DNA from: Octopus sinensis
Taxonomy: Eukaryota
DNA length: 64,000 nt
Reading direction: 5' to 3'
NCBI RefSeq assembly: GCF_006345805.1
Contig: NC_043007.1
Coordinates: 38,564,001-38,628,000 of the forward strand
Below the pieces are notes generated by a model. That model was not told where the DNA came from and did no database searches. It saw only the letters and a program-made list of their open reading frames with translations. Shown one piece after another: positions 59,275-64,000 of the stretch. The position numbers and the translations under genes were made by a program. The stretch's first letter is position 1, and every line of letters starts with the position of its first letter.

Positions 59275-59580
59275 GAGGATTTGTTAACCTCGTAAAGGGA
59301 TGGTTAAATAATTCAAAATGAACATCTGCACACCATGAATGTCACCAGTCTATGAAGGTCTGCAAAAGCCATGGGCATTGCCGCTTTCTCCAGACCACCG
59401 CTTTTTTTTTTTTTTTTTTTTGGTGGTGGGGATGCGATCTTTCGTTAATAGTGTGTCTGTATGAGGAAACGACGATATTTACCCTATTTTTTAGCCTGGC
59501 TTCTTTGTCATGAGGGTAGGTTGTGTGGGTGAATGACGCCGTGTACCAATACCAAAGGATTGCCAAAAGGAACCTCAGCA
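57460..59580. mobile_element. Putative non-autonomous DNA transposon with ~270-bp TIRs
   Basis: 57460-~57730 and ~59310-59580 are diverged reverse complements; TA|TGCTG...CAGCA|TA termini. Confidence 0.6.
58188..58640 (-). mobile_element. SINE family B nested in the long-TIR element
   Basis: Reverse complement of the 26633 and 50783 copies. Confidence 0.85.
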
Positions 59581-59740
59581 TAATTTGTAATTAAGTTATT
59601 GAATATTAATTGAAACGGTTGTAAGAAGTAAAGATGACCAATTTGTTAATAATAAATAATTGTTAACTTCCTACTCTCCATTTTTTTCTTCATTTAACTG
59701 TATGTGTGTGTGTGTGTGTGTATGTATATATATATATACA

Positions 59741-59967
59741 CGAAATATATAGTATTATATAACCATCACGGCTGATCTTACCAATCAGTTTCGCGTAAGG
59801 AATACGATGGAGTGTTAGGTAACAATCCGATTACATAACCTTACGCTCGTCAGAGTTGACCGATATGGAAGGGGATATCAGATTGTTATCTAACACTCCA
59901 TTGTATTCCTTGTGCGAAACCGATTGGTAAGATCAGCCGTGGTGGATATATAATACTATATATTTCG
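59741..59967. repeat. Fold-back repeat, 91-bp arms, 45-bp spacer
   Basis: 59741-59831 and 59877-59967 are reverse complements with about 8 substitutions. Confidence 0.95.
59775..59857 (-). ncRNA. Type I hammerhead with canonical core and long helix II
   Basis: AACT-CTGACGA-GCGTAAGG..(38 nt)..CCTTACGC-GAAA-C tgattg G-T-A^AGAT: perfect 8-bp helix II closed by G-C, GUA triplet, one mismatch in helix I. Confidence 0.7.
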
Positions 59968-60400
59968 GATAATATACCCACTCTATTGTCAGATATACAA
60001 GTGCATCTTTTCCCTGGCTTATGGTGTCTTAGACGACTCGCACGCGCGCGCAACACACACACACACACACTGATTATGCGTTACATACGACGAACAAAGA
60101 GTGATAGATGTAGAAACAACCGAGGCAAGTTCAGCTGAGTGGTGGTGATGGCGGTAGTATGTTTAAATGAAAAATGAAGGTCAAAGAAATGTTTAGGGGG
60201 GTTAAATACTAATCAACGTGACGATTGATCGTGTATCTCAGTATTATTACTTTTTTTACCGAAAATTTTGTGGGCACCCTATAGCACCCAAAATCCACCT
60301 AGCCTCACCGGCTTCGCTGTCCCTGTACTAAGAATACCATTAGAATATGTCGTCCTAAAAAATAATAACATTGCATTCAACTTCCAATAAATCGCGCGTG

Positions 60401-60600
60401 GGATCTTTACCTTTTGACCGGCAGATTTAGAAAATAATTTTGTAACTAAACACATTCAAACTTCGTATACTGATAGGATGTGTCATATAAAACATCTTTT
60501 ACTCGTAGCGTTTTTGAGAAAAGTTTATATTTACGAAGTTATTTCGTGTTAAAGTTGTATTTTTTAATTTCTCGATCTGCCGTTCAAAGGGATGAGATTC
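60401..60600. mobile_element. Diverged short relative of the GGATC MITE
   Basis: GGATCTTTACC...GCCGTTCAAAGGGATGAGATTC, flanked by CGCGCGTG / GGCGCGTG (8 bp, one mismatch). Confidence 0.7.
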
Positions 60601-61129
60601 GGCGCGTGTATGCATTCCACCCTAAATATTCCTCTTGCAATTTTCTTTCTTGATTGTTTTTCTTTTGTTTTCTTTTTCTTTATTTTCTTTCTCTCTTCTT
60701 GGTATTATTTGTTTTCTTCGGTTTGTGGTTTCCAGTGAAACTGGTTGGCAACTTTAAAAGAAAAAAGAAAAAGAAATTAACTTCAAGCTAGTGACCAGTA
60801 TGTACAAAATCACTTACTTATAGCCAAACTGTGTTGTTACTCGGCTACCTTATTGGAAGCCTGAATGGTTTCCAATCTGAGCATTCTTGTCTTCTCGAAT
60901 ACAGCCTTGTATTTTTTTTTTCTTTTTAGGTAGGAAAGAATGCAGTGTCCCTGATTCTTTGCATGGTCTCCGAGAATTGTGGGATGAAAGGAGGAAGATT
61001 TCTTCAAACCGTGGTCTAGTTCGAATGTTTTCAACAGAGTAAGGTCCGCTAAGGTAACTATGATGTAAAGCGGTGTTGTTAAACTGGGTGACGGACTAAG
61101 TCTACCACTCAAATAGGCCATGGTGGGAT

Positions 61130-61310
61130 TTAAACGGATTAAGTCGATTATATCGACCCCAGTGCGTAACTAGTACTTAATTTATCGACCCCGAAAGGAT
61201 GAAAGGCAAAGTCGACCTCGGCGGAATTTGAACTCAGAACGCAGCGGGAGATGAAATACGGCTATGCATTTCGCCCGGCGTGCTAACGTTTCTGCCAGCT
61301 CGCCGCCTTA
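61130..61310 (-). mobile_element. Young family A SINE
   Basis: Near-consensus reverse complement. Confidence 0.9.
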
Positions 61311-62261
61311 TTGCATTTCATATCGTTGTCTAATCAGTGGTATCTCATGTATGAATCTGTATCCGTCAGATGAGTGAAAAAAAAGTTTTAAAAATGTTTA
61401 ACTTGCATCCCTTCGATCTTATGTAGGGTACCACTGTAAAAGAAACATATACCCTCACCGACTAATGCAAAAGAAAAGAAGTATTACATACGGCCAAATA
61501 GCTACACATTATGAATCTCAGACCATAGCATTCGTGAACATTGTTACATATGACACAACCACTCATGCAACAAGTGAAATCTACAAACGAATCGTTGAAG
61601 TAACAATGACGGACATGAATTTGTTACTTTGTCACCGACTTTTACTGACTTCAATGACAACGACATTCAATGGCTATCATACGAAGTAATGGAACTAATA
61701 CATATCTGTATGAGATTTACGTATTTTTTTAAGCTTGCTACCGTGAACGTTCAGCCTATTTGAGATATAGTTATCTGAATAACTAATCAAACAACAACGA
61801 AGTTTATGTAACTGAACCGTTACTAAGTAGACCAATGAATGGGCGTTATTATCCAACTAAGGGTGTTGCCTCGAGACCATATTGAGAATTTCTTGGCGTG
61901 ACCAAATAATGAGTGATGAAATCATGAAATGGGTCGGGCTGAGTAACCTACGAAAAATCAACAGCGTGAGACAGTGTAAGGTGTTCAGCATGTGCTACGC
62001 ATGCCCGTGGAGAGAGGGGTGAGAATCTCTTTCAGTTAGAGGTCACAGAGAGCGTGTGGAAGTCGAGGCAAAGGTGTCAAGAGCTGTTGAGGACTGTGGG
62101 GTGGGGAGAAGCTGGCAGATATGAACCTGTCCCAGGTAATGGCTCATGACAAGGCTTGTGTGGAAATCTTTCGTTGGTCCATGCCCCACGGAGAGCAGGT
62201 GGAACTAAAATTATTCATTCAGTATCTACATTTCACCTCTCAGACTTTCTGTACACTTGAA

Positions 62262-62687
62262 GGATCTTTTCGGTTTGAACGGCAGTTTTTTTCTAGCGGT
62301 GTCATATGAAATTGTCACCCATAATTATGGCCCTAGTATCGATTGTTACCCATAATTATGACCCTAGGATCGATCTATTGCATTTCAATATCTTTTAGGG
62401 TTGGGGTGGGGGGAAGGGTATCTTTTTTTCTTCACAAATGTATCTTTTTTTCTTCACAAATTCATACGGCACAGAATGTTTTTTACCTCAATAGACGTCA
62501 CTGATTGGTTGAAATTGCAGAAATTGAAGGAAAAAAAATAACAAATATCTTACAAGCTATAGAATTTTCTCCATAAAGCCAAGAGAAAAAGATGTTTTAT
62601 AAACACATTCTACCAGTATACGAAATTTAAAATCTTTTAGTTACCTAGAAATTATGTTAAAAACTGCCGTTCAAACCGAAAAGATCC
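62262..62687. mobile_element. GGATC-TIR MITE
   Basis: Perfect TIRs GGATCTTTTCGGTTTGAACGGCAGTTTT / AAAACTGCCGTTCAAACCGAAAAGATCC. Confidence 0.92.
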
Positions 62688-63338
62688 GGACCCTCAAACC
62701 ATTTAAAATTTTTATTGAGGAAGGACACTGGAGGTGTGTAGTCGATTTAACCAATCCTAATATATTTGATTGGTAACTTATTTTATCTATACAGAAACAC
62801 AGCAGGCGAAGTTGAAAGTAGATGTTAAAGGGAGGTAACTAAACATCACAAGGTATTTTTCGTTTGTTACTGAATCGGTTACGTCCATCGTGTTGACATC
62901 CAAAGTCACAAAGGTTTTCTGAAAAACGATATCTCGATCACATTTGATTTTGTAGTTTTATCGAACCAAGAGGGAAATCAGAACTGAAGAAGAAAATAAA
63001 CTCAAATGTAAAATATTTAATTCGGTGCAGGCGGATTTTTTTTTTCCATATCTTCGAAGTGTACCTCACAGTGGTTGTTTCCCATCTTCCTCCGCACGGC
63101 TTTTTGCAATATGAATTGAAATTTGCAAGGTCTTTTGAACTTTACAGATTAAGTAGTACAGAGCATACAAAGGCAGTGGTGCTTCTTAGCTTGGTTTGAC
63201 TCTCCACATTATTTACAGTCAGCTGGACCGTCCTGCTGCACAATCTGGCATATGGCCAAAACAGCTCTTAACATAAAGTGGTCAGTGAGACTTGTTTTAT
63301 CGGTGTCCATACATTGGACCACATAAGCATGCATAATA

Positions 63339-63379
<41 letters not shown>

Positions 63380-63685
63380 GCCCTGATGCAGCACCAGGCA
63401 GTGGCTCTCGTGGCTTCTGATCTTAACTGATTGGAAGTGTTATTGTACATTGTTTTGTTTTGGTATAAAAGATGGGCTACAGCAAATATTCTGCTCAATA
63501 CCACAGATTTGCTTGTCAGTTGTTTGACCTTAACCAGTTGAGCATGTCCCTTAGTGGCTGACGAAATGTGTACCTCTGATCACGAACAGAAGTAGTGGGA
63601 GAGCATCATAGCCATGTGTTGAGAGGGATTCTTTGGGGTGTGAATAATTCACCTCTGGGAAGAAGGGTGTTTCGTTCAATATCCT

Positions 63686-64000
63686 TTAGGGTTAGGGTTA
63701 GGGGTGGGGGAAGGGTATCTTTTTTTCTTCACAAATGTAAATAAACCCAATCTGTTTCTTAAAGGAGGGACATATTCATGCGGCACAGAATGTTGTTTAT
63801 GTCAATGGAGGTAATTGATTGGTTAAAATTGCCGAAATGCAAGAAATTAAAGACGAAATATGTTACAAACTATAGAATTTTCTCAATAAAGCCAAGAGAA
63901 AATGATGTTTTATAAACACATTCTACCAGTATACGAAGTTTAAATTTTTTTAATTAACTAGAAATTATGTTACAAACTGCCGTTCAAACCGAAAAGATCC
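63686..64000. mobile_element. Left-truncated GGATC MITE starting at its TTAGGG tract
   Basis: Begins tttagggttagggttagggg and ends at the window edge with the right TIR ...ccgaaaagatcc. Confidence 0.88.

Noticed and set aside
61465-61950. Possible decayed piggyBac-like transposase
   Set aside because: Only a vague resemblance across several stops; no diagnostic motif or TTAA termini.
63040-63150. Minus-strand first coding exon MGNNHCE followed by GT
   Set aside because: Too short, weak donor (GTACAC), no supporting downstream exon.

Overview
AT-rich, repeat-saturated eukaryotic DNA. The SINE, RTE-tail and microsatellite repertoire looks like a coleoid cephalopod, probably Octopus (inference). 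No host protein-coding gene is recognisable, so the window is probably intronic or intergenic. Large elements: a decayed Ty3/Gypsy element with one LTR (2.5-6.5 kb), a near full-length CR1-type LINE with a PHD-like ORF1 (15.4-19.8 kb, minus), a nearly intact RTE LINE whose RT carries an inserted PHD finger (21-24.9 kb), a DD41D Tc1/mariner with TIRs interrupted by a CR1 3' end (34.9-36.8 kb) and a HERO-like fragment (51.2-52.35 kb). Small elements: three tRNA-derived SINE families, piggyBac, hAT and Merlin-like MITEs, and mini-Helitrons. Two things stand out. (1) At least six long fold-back palindromes and several solo sites carry minimal type I hammerhead ribozyme motifs from several unrelated families, probably Penelope-like remnants; three have an unusual CCGANGA core. 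(2) A ~5.3 kb segment (56943-62261) has the signature of an inversion, with oppositely oriented MITEs and swapped 99-bp and 25-bp duplications at its breakpoints. All structures and alignments were worked out by eye; coordinates are exact only where motifs are quoted.
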